This document shows positions 29,285 to 38,799 of a stretch of DNA of 64,000 nucleotides, one piece after another. The stretch lies in IMG/VR virus record IMGVR_UViG_3300025645_000042, positions 55,102 through 119,101 of that record. One strand, written 5' to 3'. Every line of letters begins with the position of its first letter. The stretch's first letter is position 1. Made by a program: the position numbers and the translations under genes. The notes beneath the pieces are model-generated. The model was given only the letters and a program-made list of their open reading frames with translations, ran no database searches and was not told the origin of the DNA. Origin of the DNA: a virus.

Positions 29285-30287
29285 TATTAAGTAAAATATT
29301 ACAAATGTATTTAGAAGCTAATCCATCACCATATGGGCAAATACCTTCTTCTATCTCATAATTTTTAATGTGTTCATTGAATGCATCTTTTAATGATGAA
29401 TAATGTGAAATTAAAAAACTGGATAAACCTAAAGCTTCTGGCCTTTCAGTTGTTTCTCTACAAACTAAACATTTTTTATTAAAAAAAGAACACTCTTCTT
29501 GGAGTCCTCCACTATCAGTAATAACTAATTTAGATTTAATTAACAACTTCATTAAATTATCGTGTGGTAAAGGGTTAGTTACCGTTAGATTTGTTAATAA
29601 ATGTCTATATTTTTGAACCTTTGGATTTGGGTGAATTGGAATTATAAAACTTAATTCTGGATGTTCCCCAGCTAAGTCATTAATTTCTCTAAACCAATTC
29701 GCAATATTATGATGATTCTCACGCCTATGCATTGTAACTAAAACAATGTTTTCATATTGACATATTTCTTTATAATGTATTAGATTATCTAAAACAGTAT
29801 TACCAACTACAAACACTTTTTTATGTATATTTTCTTTGGCTAAATTAATTTTACTTTGTTCTGTTGGACAAAAATGAATATCAGTTATAGTTGAGACCAT
29901 TCTCCTATTATTTTCTTCAGGAAATGGATTTAACTTATCATAAGTTCTTAAACCAGCTTCTAAATGTATAATTTTAATCTGTCTATTCATTGCTGAAATT
30001 GCTAACCCAAGAACTGAAGTTGTGTCTCCTTGAACTAGAATGTGAGTTACACCATCAAACACATATTCAGGAATTGATAAACAATTCTTTAAAATAGCAT
30101 TTAATCTATTTTCATCTTCAGATTCAAGCATTCTCCAAACATAATTAGCATTTTTAGGTGCTATATCTTCATGTTGACCAGTGAATAATATTTTATGTGG
30201 AATTAAATTCATTTTCATTTCCTCAATCAATGGTTTAATTTTTATATATTCGGGTCTGGTTCCGTATGTGACTAATATATTCATCAT
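29274..30287 (-). CDS. wecB: UDP-N-acetylglucosamine 2-epimerase (non-hydrolysing)
   Basis: GTRPEYIK, TGQH, QGDT, HLEAGLRT..PFPEE.NR, TDSGGLQEE, RETTERPE, PYGDG. Confidence 0.95.
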   Translation of the reverse strand: MMNILVTYGTRPEYIKIKPLIEEMKMNLIPHKILFTGQHEDIAPKNANYVWRMLESEDENRLNAILKNCLSIPEYVFDGVTHILVQGDTTSVLGLAISAMNRQIKIIHLEAGLRTYDKLNPFPEENNRRMVSTITDIHFCPTEQSKINLAKENIHKKVFVVGNTVLDNLIHYKEICQYENIVLVTMHRRENHHNIANWFREINDLAGEHPELSFIIPIHPNPKVQKYRHLLTNLTVTNPLPHDNLMKLLIKSKLVITDSGGLQEECSFFNKKCLVCRETTERPEALGLSSFLISHYSSLKDAFNEHIKNYEIEEGICPYGDGLASKYICNILLNNEL

Positions 30288-30967
30288 TCCACAAATTTTC
30301 TTAAATATTCTACATCCTCATTTGATAATCTTTTCCCTGTGATTTCGGATATGTACCATGTTGGTCTTAATTTACCCCCCACTCTATATAAGTGACCCAA
30401 ATCCATCACATGTTTATGTTTTGTCCCAAGTATTATCTTACCATCATTTTTCGCCACATCCCTTAATTCCCATTGCCAAGGACTTAAACCTAATTCAAAA
30501 TGTTTCATAAAATATGATGTTCTCCACATACCATACGAAATAGATAATCTGTAATCGGCATCTTGCCTTGTTTTAATCAAATTATCAGTATAATGACCAC
30601 CTTTATAATAATCTTTACAGTATGGTGTCATTTTAATATTAACCACATCTTTATTTTCATCCATTACTGTTTTAAATTCTTCTATCAAATCTAAATTAAT
30701 CTCATCCAACGTTACTACGTCATCACTACCATATATAAAATATTCATCTTTGAAGTCTTTAAAAAATTTATATATGTCATTGGTAAAAGATTGCGGTCCT
30801 GTATCAACCCCTAAGCTTATAAATTTCCAAGAACCCATATCAAATGTTGGTTGTTTAAAACCGAGTACTGTTACGTCTAAATCTTTACCACCGAATTTAT
30901 CCATGGTAAATTTATTTGCTTGAATTAATTTAAGATATTTATCACAAGTAGGGATTATTATTCTCAT
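30284..30967 (-). CDS. Glycosyltransferase-like protein (GT-A)
   Basis: IIIPTCDKY, YFIYGSDD, W...LSPWQWE pattern. Confidence 0.55.
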   Translation of the reverse strand: MRIIIPTCDKYLKLIQANKFTMDKFGGKDLDVTVLGFKQPTFDMGSWKFISLGVDTGPQSFTNDIYKFFKDFKDEYFIYGSDDVVTLDEINLDLIEEFKTVMDENKDVVNIKMTPYCKDYYKGGHYTDNLIKTRQDADYRLSISYGMWRTSYFMKHFELGLSPWQWELRDVAKNDGKIILGTKHKHVMDLGHLYRVGGKLRPTWYISEITGKRLSNEDVEYLRKFVE

Positions 30968-31962
30968 TATCTAAGTGATTCTTTTTTATTTAAAATATCC
31001 ATCCAATGGTCTACCATTTCATGTAACATCGATTCAAATGTGTATGTCGGTTTCCATCCCAGATTTTCTCTAATTTTTGTAGAATCTCCCTTTAAATAAG
31101 GTAATTCTTCTGGTCTTAAAAATTTAGGGTTTTGAACTACGTAATTTTTATAATCCATATCTAAATAAGAAAAAACAATATCACACATCTCTCTAACCGA
31201 ATGGGTTTCCATTGTAGAAACTACATAATCATCTGGTTTTTCAGCATTCATAATCATATGCATTGCCCTAACATAATCTTTAGAATGACCCCAATCCCTA
31301 TATGAATCCATATTACCTAATTCTAATTTGTCTTGTAAACCTAATTTTATTTTACAGGCAGCTTTAACAACTTTATTTGTTACGAAATTACTACCTCTTC
31401 TAGGGGATTCATGATTAAATAGGATACCATTAACTGCATGTAATCCATACGCTCTTCTATAATGTCTAACTATATTATAGCCAAATATTTTAGAGCATCC
31501 ATATGGGGATACTGGATTCATTATAGTATTTTCTCTTTGGAACCCGTCATCCTCAACGGTTAAACCAAACATTTCCGAAGATGATGCTTGATAAAATTTA
31601 GCATTAGGGCAAATTCTTTTATAAGCCTCTAATATATTTATAACTCCAACTGCGTTTGTTTGTACAGTAAATTGTGGGATATCAAAACTAACTCTAACAT
31701 GACTTTGAGCAGCAATATTATAAATTTCATCTGGCATAATTTCAGTTAGTAACCTTTCTATAGATGTCTGGTCTAATAAGTCTCCATAATGAGTTTCAAT
31801 TCTAGGGATTGATTCAAACGCCTTAACCAACCTAGCTGATTGATTCTCTGATGTAGAATTTCTTCTAACCATTCCATGAACTTTATAACCCAAAGATAGT
31901 AAGTATTCGCTAAGATAAGAACCATCTTGCCCATTAATGCCTGTTATAAATGCTGTTTTCAT
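30967..31962 (-). CDS. gmd: GDP-mannose 4,6-dehydratase
   Basis: ITGINGQDGSYL, AAQSHV.VSF, FYQASSSEMFG, SPYG.SK, LFNHESPRRG.NFVT.K, RDWGH. Confidence 0.96.
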   Translation of the reverse strand: MKTAFITGINGQDGSYLSEYLLSLGYKVHGMVRRNSTSENQSARLVKAFESIPRIETHYGDLLDQTSIERLLTEIMPDEIYNIAAQSHVRVSFDIPQFTVQTNAVGVINILEAYKRICPNAKFYQASSSEMFGLTVEDDGFQRENTIMNPVSPYGCSKIFGYNIVRHYRRAYGLHAVNGILFNHESPRRGSNFVTNKVVKAACKIKLGLQDKLELGNMDSYRDWGHSKDYVRAMHMIMNAEKPDDYVVSTMETHSVREMCDIVFSYLDMDYKNYVVQNPKFLRPEELPYLKGDSTKIRENLGWKPTYTFESMLHEMVDHWMDILNKKESLR

Positions 31963-32549
31963 TTTTTAAAAATTTTCATTTCTGTTAAATCTGGCCAATC
32001 ATTAATAACCCATTTTTTGGGTGATGTTCTAATTGCTTCATCTAATTTATTTAATCCATTTTGTGCAGTTTCTGGTGTCATATAATAATGATAACCCATA
32101 ATGTCAATATTTTGCTCCCTCCAAGGAACATCAGGTAATCTACCATCATATGACATTTTTTTAAGAGTTTCGGCAGCTCTTTTATCGTTGGTTAAAATTA
32201 TCCCACCCCTACCTAAACTTAAATGTTTTCTAAATTGAAAGCTTACACACATAAATGTAGAGTCAATATATGAATCTTTTTTCCAAAGTACAGCGGCATC
32301 AATTATATTTTTAGTTAAATAATAATAATCTTCCCAATTTTCATCTTTCCACGCTAAATCAATATTTAATTTGTTGGCCAAAAAAGGTATCGATATATAT
32401 GTACGTTTTGGTACTTCAATTTTTTCAATTTTTTCATATCTTAAACATAATTCAATTCCATGAGTACAACAATCAACAGCTATAGCATATTTAGAACCGA
32501 AAAATTTAGCTATTTTATTCTCAAAATTTTCAATTACATTAAAACTCAT
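31959..32549 (-). CDS. Short DegT/DnrJ-family PLP aminotransferase (196 aa)
   Basis: AVDCCTHG.EL.L, DAA, SFQFRKHL..GRGG..LT and GYHYYM motifs. Confidence 0.75.
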   Translation of the reverse strand: MSFNVIENFENKIAKFFGSKYAIAVDCCTHGIELCLRYEKIEKIEVPKRTYISIPFLANKLNIDLAWKDENWEDYYYLTKNIIDAAVLWKKDSYIDSTFMCVSFQFRKHLSLGRGGIILTNDKRAAETLKKMSYDGRLPDVPWREQNIDIMGYHYYMTPETAQNGLNKLDEAIRTSPKKWVINDWPDLTEMKIFKK

Positions 32550-33075
32550 AACCTAATTTTTTAGCATTTTCAAGTATAATATCTTTTTCTCTTAATTTTA
32601 CTGGTTTAGCTGGGCTACCCACATAAATTGTCCAAGGTTCAGTATCTTTAGTTAATAAAGAATTTGCTCCTAATACGGAACCTTCAGCCATTCTGACACC
32701 TGGCATAATAGTACAATTAACTCCACAACCAGCAAATCTTTCTATTGTTATAGTTGAATAGGTGATAACTCTAAGTTCTTTAGGTATTGTTGGTCCAATT
32801 AATCCTTTGCCAGTAAAATCTTCACTACCACATACTATTTTACTTCCAGCCCCTATAAAACTAAAATCTTCAAGAATTAAGAATGATTCAACACCACCTA
32901 TTATAGTTACATTTGGTGCTATATGGATATAATCTTTCATTTTCATTGAGGTTGAAATTGTTACCCAATTATCAATGGCATTGTGGGACCCTATATCACA
33001 TTTATGTGGGCGTTTAATTATCGCTGTGTCGTGGATAAAAACATCTTCCCCAATACTTTTATAATCTTTATTCAT
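32539..33075 (-). CDS. Hexapeptide-repeat (left-handed beta-helix) acyltransferase
   Basis: Hexapeptide periodicity and C-terminal GANSLLTKD.EPWTIY.GSPAK. Confidence 0.85.
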   Translation of the reverse strand: MNKDYKSIGEDVFIHDTAIIKRPHKCDIGSHNAIDNWVTISTSMKMKDYIHIAPNVTIIGGVESFLILEDFSFIGAGSKIVCGSEDFTGKGLIGPTIPKELRVITYSTITIERFAGCGVNCTIMPGVRMAEGSVLGANSLLTKDTEPWTIYVGSPAKPVKLREKDIILENAKKLGYEF

Positions 33076-34628
33076 TATTTATTTTTTTTAATTAATATCC
33101 CATAATCATAGAAATATAGATAATCGATATTCGTGCCGAGAAAACAATTTATTGCATTTTCAGGTGTTTCAACTATAGGTTCTCTATCATTAAAACTAGT
33201 GTTAAGTAATATTGGAACGTTAGTTTTATTATACCATAGTTTTATAAAATTATAATACCATTTATTATTGTTTTCAGTAACAGTTTGTAATCTACCCGTA
33301 CCATCATAATGACATACTGCGGCAACCTTAGATTTCATCTCATCTTTAAATTTTATTACAAATGACATGTAAGGACTATCAACATCTCTAACAAACCAAT
33401 CCTTAACATATTCTTTAAGAATTGACGGAGCAAATGGTCTAAACCACTGTCTATGCTTAACTTTTTCATTAATGATATCTTTCATAGTTTCACTTCTAGG
33501 GTCTGCCAATATACTTCGATTACCTAAAGCTCTTCTACCAGATTCAGAACCACCACCAAAAACAGAAATTATTTTTTGTTCATTTAAATATTCTATTACA
33601 TCAGCGTCATTAACATATGATACTTCACACTCATCTTTATGATTATTAATGGCTTCTAATACATCATTTTTACTATATATTTTACCTAAATAGGAACTTG
33701 ATTGGTCCTCCCATTTTATTCTAGGGTTATCTAAAATATGATGCCAGACATATCTAGCACTCCCTAAAGATAATCCACCATCATAAGGTACTGGGTCACA
33801 ATATATGTCTTCTATTTCTGGAAACCAATCGAATACTTTACCCATCATAACACAATTAAGGGAAACCCCACCAGAAAAACATAATTTTTTAGGTTTATAT
33901 TTTTCAATAAATGGTATTAAAGTACTACGAACAATATCTTCAGTATATTTTTGTAAAGAAGCTGCAACGTTAAATCTTTCTTGTTCAGATTTATTAGCTA
34001 TATCTCTTAATTTGCTATAATTTTTAGTTTTTATATCTGTAACATATTTTGGTTCACCTAAAGTGGCCATCCCCATCACAGTACCAGCTTGATTACCAAT
34101 AGGGTGTCCTATTGATAACTCAAATATTTTTTCAGTACACTCAACCCATAAACAACCTAAACAAAGACTATACGGTAAAAGTTCTATTGAGGTTACTTTA
34201 TTATCTTTCCCTTCCCAAATAGTAAAAGCTGAAGGTCTAGAATAATCGTCCCATCCACCACCATCTATAGTGATAATTAAAGCTTCGTCAAAATTACTAG
34301 AAAAAAAAGCGTTAGATGCGTGTGATTGATGATGTCCGATTTCATAATATTTTCCACCATTTTTTGCCGCCATAACATTCATTTTATCTTGATATTTTTG
34401 AATACCACAAATACTTTTCCATCTACCGCCACTTCCACCAAAATTACCTAATGTGAAATACTTAATATCACCCATATCTGGATTTTGGTCAAAAAACATT
34501 TTTAGACCATCACCTAAAGGTTCTTTTAATCTTATAATTCGTTCTAACTCTTCATGTATTAAAGGTACACCATTTTCCAATATTGTATAAGAAACGTCAT
34601 GACCTGATTGAAACCCTACTATTTTCAT
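33075..34628 (-). CDS. Carbamoyltransferase (NodU/CmcH family)
   Basis: EELERI, HHQSHA.NAF, DGGG, GGVSLN, DGGLSLG, GRRALGNRSILADP, RQWFRPFAP, LNTSFN. Confidence 0.92.
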   Translation of the reverse strand: MKIVGFQSGHDVSYTILENGVPLIHEELERIIRLKEPLGDGLKMFFDQNPDMGDIKYFTLGNFGGSGGRWKSICGIQKYQDKMNVMAAKNGGKYYEIGHHQSHASNAFFSSNFDEALIITIDGGGWDDYSRPSAFTIWEGKDNKVTSIELLPYSLCLGCLWVECTEKIFELSIGHPIGNQAGTVMGMATLGEPKYVTDIKTKNYSKLRDIANKSEQERFNVAASLQKYTEDIVRSTLIPFIEKYKPKKLCFSGGVSLNCVMMGKVFDWFPEIEDIYCDPVPYDGGLSLGSARYVWHHILDNPRIKWEDQSSSYLGKIYSKNDVLEAINNHKDECEVSYVNDADVIEYLNEQKIISVFGGGSESGRRALGNRSILADPRSETMKDIINEKVKHRQWFRPFAPSILKEYVKDWFVRDVDSPYMSFVIKFKDEMKSKVAAVCHYDGTGRLQTVTENNNKWYYNFIKLWYNKTNVPILLNTSFNDREPIVETPENAINCFLGTNIDYLYFYDYGILIKKNK

Positions 34629-35038
34629 TCTATAAATTTTTTATCTAAGTTTTGACCTTCATATGGCCCAGTTTTATATTCATACACAATTGTATCATCT
34701 TCCAATATTTCATAAGTATGACCACCATATAAAGTGAAACTAGCATCTCCCTCACCCAATATAGGGGTTGCTATTATTGTATCGTCAATATCATAAAATA
34801 TACATTTCACCCTACCTTTAATTACTACCCATGATTCTTGAGCTATTTGTTCTTTATATGTCCTTTCTTTCTTTATATGTTTATGGGGTTTAAATGTAGT
34901 TCCCTTTTCCATTCTAAGTGTTGCACATTGAATGAATTCTTTATCATCTACAATATTAGTTCTACCCTCTATTTCAGGTTTACGAACTACCATATGTAAT
35001 AATAATTCTGGTTTTATTTTAGAATATATTTTCTCCAT
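34625..35038 (-). CDS. WbuC-like cupin
   Basis: FKPHKH...QESWVVIKG and GGHTYEILEDDT..YEYK.GPY. Confidence 0.7.
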   Translation of the reverse strand: MEKIYSKIKPELLLHMVVRKPEIEGRTNIVDDKEFIQCATLRMEKGTTFKPHKHIKKERTYKEQIAQESWVVIKGRVKCIFYDIDDTIIATPILGEGDASFTLYGGHTYEILEDDTIVYEYKTGPYEGQNLDKKFIE

Positions 35039-35041
35039 TTT

Positions 35042-35764
35042 TTATAATCCCCCATCTATTTTTAAATTAGTACCAGCCACGTACTCATTATCAATAATAT
35101 AATTTATTGTATTATATAATTCTTCGGCAGTACCAAACCTCTTTAATCCTACTTTATCTTTAGCCATTTGAATATATTTTTCATCTACTCTATATGCCAT
35201 TCCACCATCCCAATAACCTAATTGTATTGTATTACATGTAATGCCGAATCTTACATTTTCTTTATTAGCAGTCCCCATCAATCTATCTACGAATGCCTTT
35301 GACGCACAGTATATTGAATTCTTAGGTACGTTCATTTTAGAAAAAACAGATGAAATTGCAATCACTCTACCATACTTATTTTCAATCATTCTTGGTAAAC
35401 ATCCAGCTAATATATTAACATTACCCATCATATTTACATTCATCATTTCAGAAATACTCTCCACATCACTTTCACTAATTTTACTTAAAAAGGTATCATA
35501 TTTCTTTCCACTCATATTAAGTACGATGTCTATCTCATTATCCTTAAAATATTGTTTCATTTGTACCAAATTGGTAATATCTACATCTGAACTACTTAGG
35601 GAAATTACATTATATTTTTCTTTTAATAAGGGAGTAAGTTTTTGTCCTAATCCACCACTTCCACCAAATACTACGATTGTTTTCATATCCTTTATTTTTG
35701 ACCATCCTTTACCAATATCTTCTTGAGTTAAAATAACTCTATTATCTACTATTGATTTTGCCAT
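35042..35764 (-). CDS. fabG: Short-chain dehydrogenase, FabG-like
   Basis: GGSGGLG, VNMMG, YCASK and G.TLKIDGG-type C-terminus; adjacent to fabH. Confidence 0.7.
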   Translation of the reverse strand: MAKSIVDNRVILTQEDIGKGWSKIKDMKTIVVFGGSGGLGQKLTPLLKEKYNVISLSSSDVDITNLVQMKQYFKDNEIDIVLNMSGKKYDTFLSKISESDVESISEMMNVNMMGNVNILAGCLPRMIENKYGRVIAISSVFSKMNVPKNSIYCASKAFVDRLMGTANKENVRFGITCNTIQLGYWDGGMAYRVDEKYIQMAKDKVGLKRFGTAEELYNTINYIIDNEYVAGTNLKIDGGL

Positions 35765-36709
35765 TTAATCTTCATAATTTATTATCATAGACCCCCAAGC
35801 CCATCCAGAACCAACTGCCGAAAATAGTATTTTATCACCTTTCTTAATTTCATTATTTTCAAATGCATCATGTAGAGCTATTGGTATCGATGCGCCAGCA
35901 ATATTTCCATATTTGTGTTGCACTGCTTTTACATTATCCATTGACATTCCAAGTTTTTTGGCAACATATTTTAATATATTGATACTTGGTTGATGAGGGA
36001 CTAGCATTTTAATATCTGATACCTCAAGACCACTTTCTTCCATTACTATTTTAATAGATTCTGGTAATACTTTAATTGCTTGGTCCCAAACTTCTCTTCC
36101 AATCATTGTAAATGGTTCTGATAATGGCATTCTGAAACCAGTCATTCCAGAGCCGTTACCATTTGACGCTATATTACTTATCGCCCAACCTTTTTTAGAT
36201 GTACCTAAAACTAACCCACCAGCACCATCACCGAAAAATACACAATTTCTATCATTTATATGGGTATGCTTTGAATATGTTTCACTAGCAACAATTAATA
36301 TTTTTTTATAAATACCACTACTAATTAATGTTGATGCGAATGACATTGCATAAACAAACCCAGCACAAACTGCATTGATATCAAATGAAGGGACATCTCT
36401 TTTAATATCTAACATAGCGTGTAGTGTACATGCGGTTGATGGTGATATTTGGTCAGGACTTGATGTTACAACCATGATTAAATCTAATTCCTCTTTATCT
36501 ACCTTAGCATTGGCTAATATTTTTATCGCAGCTTTATATGCTAAATCACCTGTAGTTTCATCTACGGTGATTCTACGTTCTAATATACCTAACTTATCTT
36601 CAACCCATTCTGGAGTTGTATCTATGTGTTTACATAATTCTTCGTTACTTACCACGTTACTTGGTAGATAAGACCCAGTACCTAATATTGTTACATTATT
36701 ATTTCTCAC
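35765..36709 (-). CDS. fabH: 3-oxoacyl-ACP synthase III
   Basis: Catalytic triad motifs AVCAGF, PHQPS and YGNIAGASIP; also FGDGAG. Confidence 0.92.
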   Translation of the reverse strand: MRNNNVTILGTGSYLPSNVVSNEELCKHIDTTPEWVEDKLGILERRITVDETTGDLAYKAAIKILANAKVDKEELDLIMVVTSSPDQISPSTACTLHAMLDIKRDVPSFDINAVCAGFVYAMSFASTLISSGIYKKILIVASETYSKHTHINDRNCVFFGDGAGGLVLGTSKKGWAISNIASNGNGSGMTGFRMPLSEPFTMIGREVWDQAIKVLPESIKIVMEESGLEVSDIKMLVPHQPSINILKYVAKKLGMSMDNVKAVQHKYGNIAGASIPIALHDAFENNEIKKGDKILFSAVGSGWAWGSMIINYED

Positions 36710-37353
36710 AATTTTTTATTTTTATATGTTATTTCAAAATGTGTTTTAATACCATTCCCTATTGAATTAATTTCATTATGAGTTTTCTCTATTAACCTTC
36801 TTAATTCTTTCATTTTATCATCACCTAAATGTAAGTGAATTTCAATTGCAATATAATCAATATTACTCAAATCACAATTAATTAAAAAACCATATTCCCC
36901 ACCTTCACAATCTATTTTTAAATAATTTATTTTATCAATATTAAACGTCTTATAAATATCTTCTAAAGATATCGTTTCAACTTCTTCGTAGGTATCAAAA
37001 TCATAATGTTTAGCTGTAATATCACCCTTTAAGGTTGTTGCATTTCCAGAAACATTTCCATTTATAAATGGAAACAATTTAATTATTTCACCACTTTTAT
37101 TTGATACCGCATATCTATATACTGAAACATTTTCAAAATCACTTGTATTTTTAACGCATTTATCATACGTTTCTTTAGCTGGTTCTATAGATATAATTTT
37201 ATCAAATACTTTATGATTTACGTATGAAAATGCTCCAACATTAGCACCTATATCTACCGCAATCCCACCAACTCCTTTTGGAATTATGTATGCTCTTCTA
37301 ACGCCATTAATACGCTCATTAAACCAATTATTACCATCTTCAAATTTTAACAT
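36706..37353 (-). CDS. FkbM-family methyltransferase
   Basis: VDIGANVGAF, IEP and LKIDCEGGEY motifs. Confidence 0.9.
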   Translation of the reverse strand: MLKFEDGNNWFNERINGVRRAYIIPKGVGGIAVDIGANVGAFSYVNHKVFDKIISIEPAKETYDKCVKNTSDFENVSVYRYAVSNKSGEIIKLFPFINGNVSGNATTLKGDITAKHYDFDTYEEVETISLEDIYKTFNIDKINYLKIDCEGGEYGFLINCDLSNIDYIAIEIHLHLGDDKMKELRRLIEKTHNEINSIGNGIKTHFEITYKNKKL

Positions 37354-37357
37354 ATTT

Positions 37358-37999
37358 TTATATTTTTTTATATTTTTTAAACACTGTAAATTCAGTCAAA
37401 TCTCTATATCCGTTTTCTTCGTGTAAATCAGAAACGTGATTAGGATAATTTTGCATTAATGCTATACCATGAGCTGCTATTTGTGGGGTCATATACATAT
37501 TCCACCCTAACATTGTTATATCATCTTCATGATATAATTTTTCGTTTCTACCCTCATATCTAGCTTGTTTAAACCATTTAACAGCTTCTTCATCATCACA
37601 AAGAATCATACCACCTTTACCAAGTTGTAAATGTTTTTTTATATGAAATGATAAACACATGAAACTACCCTTTATATACATGTTAGATGTAAATCTTTTA
37701 GCTGCATCATAAATAGGTAAAGGTTCTAATTGATATATGCCATTCCAAATATCTTTACTAGAATCAAATACTGGTTGAAAACCAGCATGTATTATTGATT
37801 GAGGCACAGATAAATAAGTTTTACATGGTACTTTTATTTCTTTTATGTCTTTATTTTTTTCATTAAAATATTTTAAACATAAAAATAATGCGTTTGTACA
37901 ATTATCAACTGATACTGCGTATTTAGCCCCAGTATATTCAGCAACTGTTTCTTCAAATGAACGAACAATGCTATATGCGTTTTTTCTATTATTTCTCAT
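37358..37999 (-). CDS. Second short DegT/DnrJ-family PLP aminotransferase (213 aa)
   Basis: VDNCTNALFLCL, DAAKRF, SFHIKKHL..GKGGMIL and GWNMYM motifs. Confidence 0.75.
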   Translation of the reverse strand: MRNNRKNAYSIVRSFEETVAEYTGAKYAVSVDNCTNALFLCLKYFNEKNKDIKEIKVPCKTYLSVPQSIIHAGFQPVFDSSKDIWNGIYQLEPLPIYDAAKRFTSNMYIKGSFMCLSFHIKKHLQLGKGGMILCDDEEAVKWFKQARYEGRNEKLYHEDDITMLGWNMYMTPQIAAHGIALMQNYPNHVSDLHEENGYRDLTEFTVFKKYKKI

Positions 38000-38004
38000 T
38001 TTTT

Positions 38005-38799
38005 TTAATTTATTTCATCTAACCAACCATGTAATGTTACCATAAATTTTTGTGGCCTAAACCCTACACTCATATGAGATTTAGTTACCGAAAAATTATC
38101 CATTAAAACATTATGTTCCTCCCAATCAAAATTATTGGCTATGCCCCATTCTAAGGCAATAATATCTATATCAGGGAATAAACCTTTTCTTCTGTGATTT
38201 GGGCTTACAGCACCTATTACTCCAGCGGCATATGTTTTATCTTCTTCAATAAATTTTTTATATGCTATATAACCAGCAACTTCATCATCTTTAGAAGCAA
38301 CAAATATTTTACTTGCCACATTATCATTAATACATGAATTATAAGCCCAATCCACATATGCATTTAAACTATCTTTAGAATCTAATCTTTTATCTGCACC
38401 GTAGTGACCATAATTTTTAAATGATTGTTTTGTTATATCAACAATCATATCAGTATCAGAATCTTTAAATTCTCTTAAAATATAACCATCATTCCTTTCA
38501 ACTTTTTTAAATACGTAATTACCATCTCTATCTGTAAAGGTATTACGAAGTGTACATTGAGTGTCTTTAATTGTGAAACCACGTTTCTCAAGAGAATTTA
38601 TTATATCTAATCGTGAGAAATCTATTCTTGCGAATATTAATTCATAATTAAATTGTTTGAAATACTCTATTGAATCTTCAACACTGATATCATCAAAGAA
38701 GTTATCATCTATTTTACCAATTTTAAATCCAAATCTATTACTATTTATTTCACTATATATACTCATATAATTACCAAATACAAATTTTATGATTACCAT
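38005..38799 (-). CDS. GNAT-fold acetyltransferase, WecD-like
   Basis: HYGADKRL, VAGYIAY...IGAVSPNHRRKGLF (motif A), FSVTKSHMSVGF. Confidence 0.65.
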   Translation of the reverse strand: MVIIKFVFGNYMSIYSEINSNRFGFKIGKIDDNFFDDISVEDSIEYFKQFNYELIFARIDFSRLDIINSLEKRGFTIKDTQCTLRNTFTDRDGNYVFKKVERNDGYILREFKDSDTDMIVDITKQSFKNYGHYGADKRLDSKDSLNAYVDWAYNSCINDNVASKIFVASKDDEVAGYIAYKKFIEEDKTYAAGVIGAVSPNHRRKGLFPDIDIIALEWGIANNFDWEEHNVLMDNFSVTKSHMSVGFRPQKFMVTLHGWLDEIN

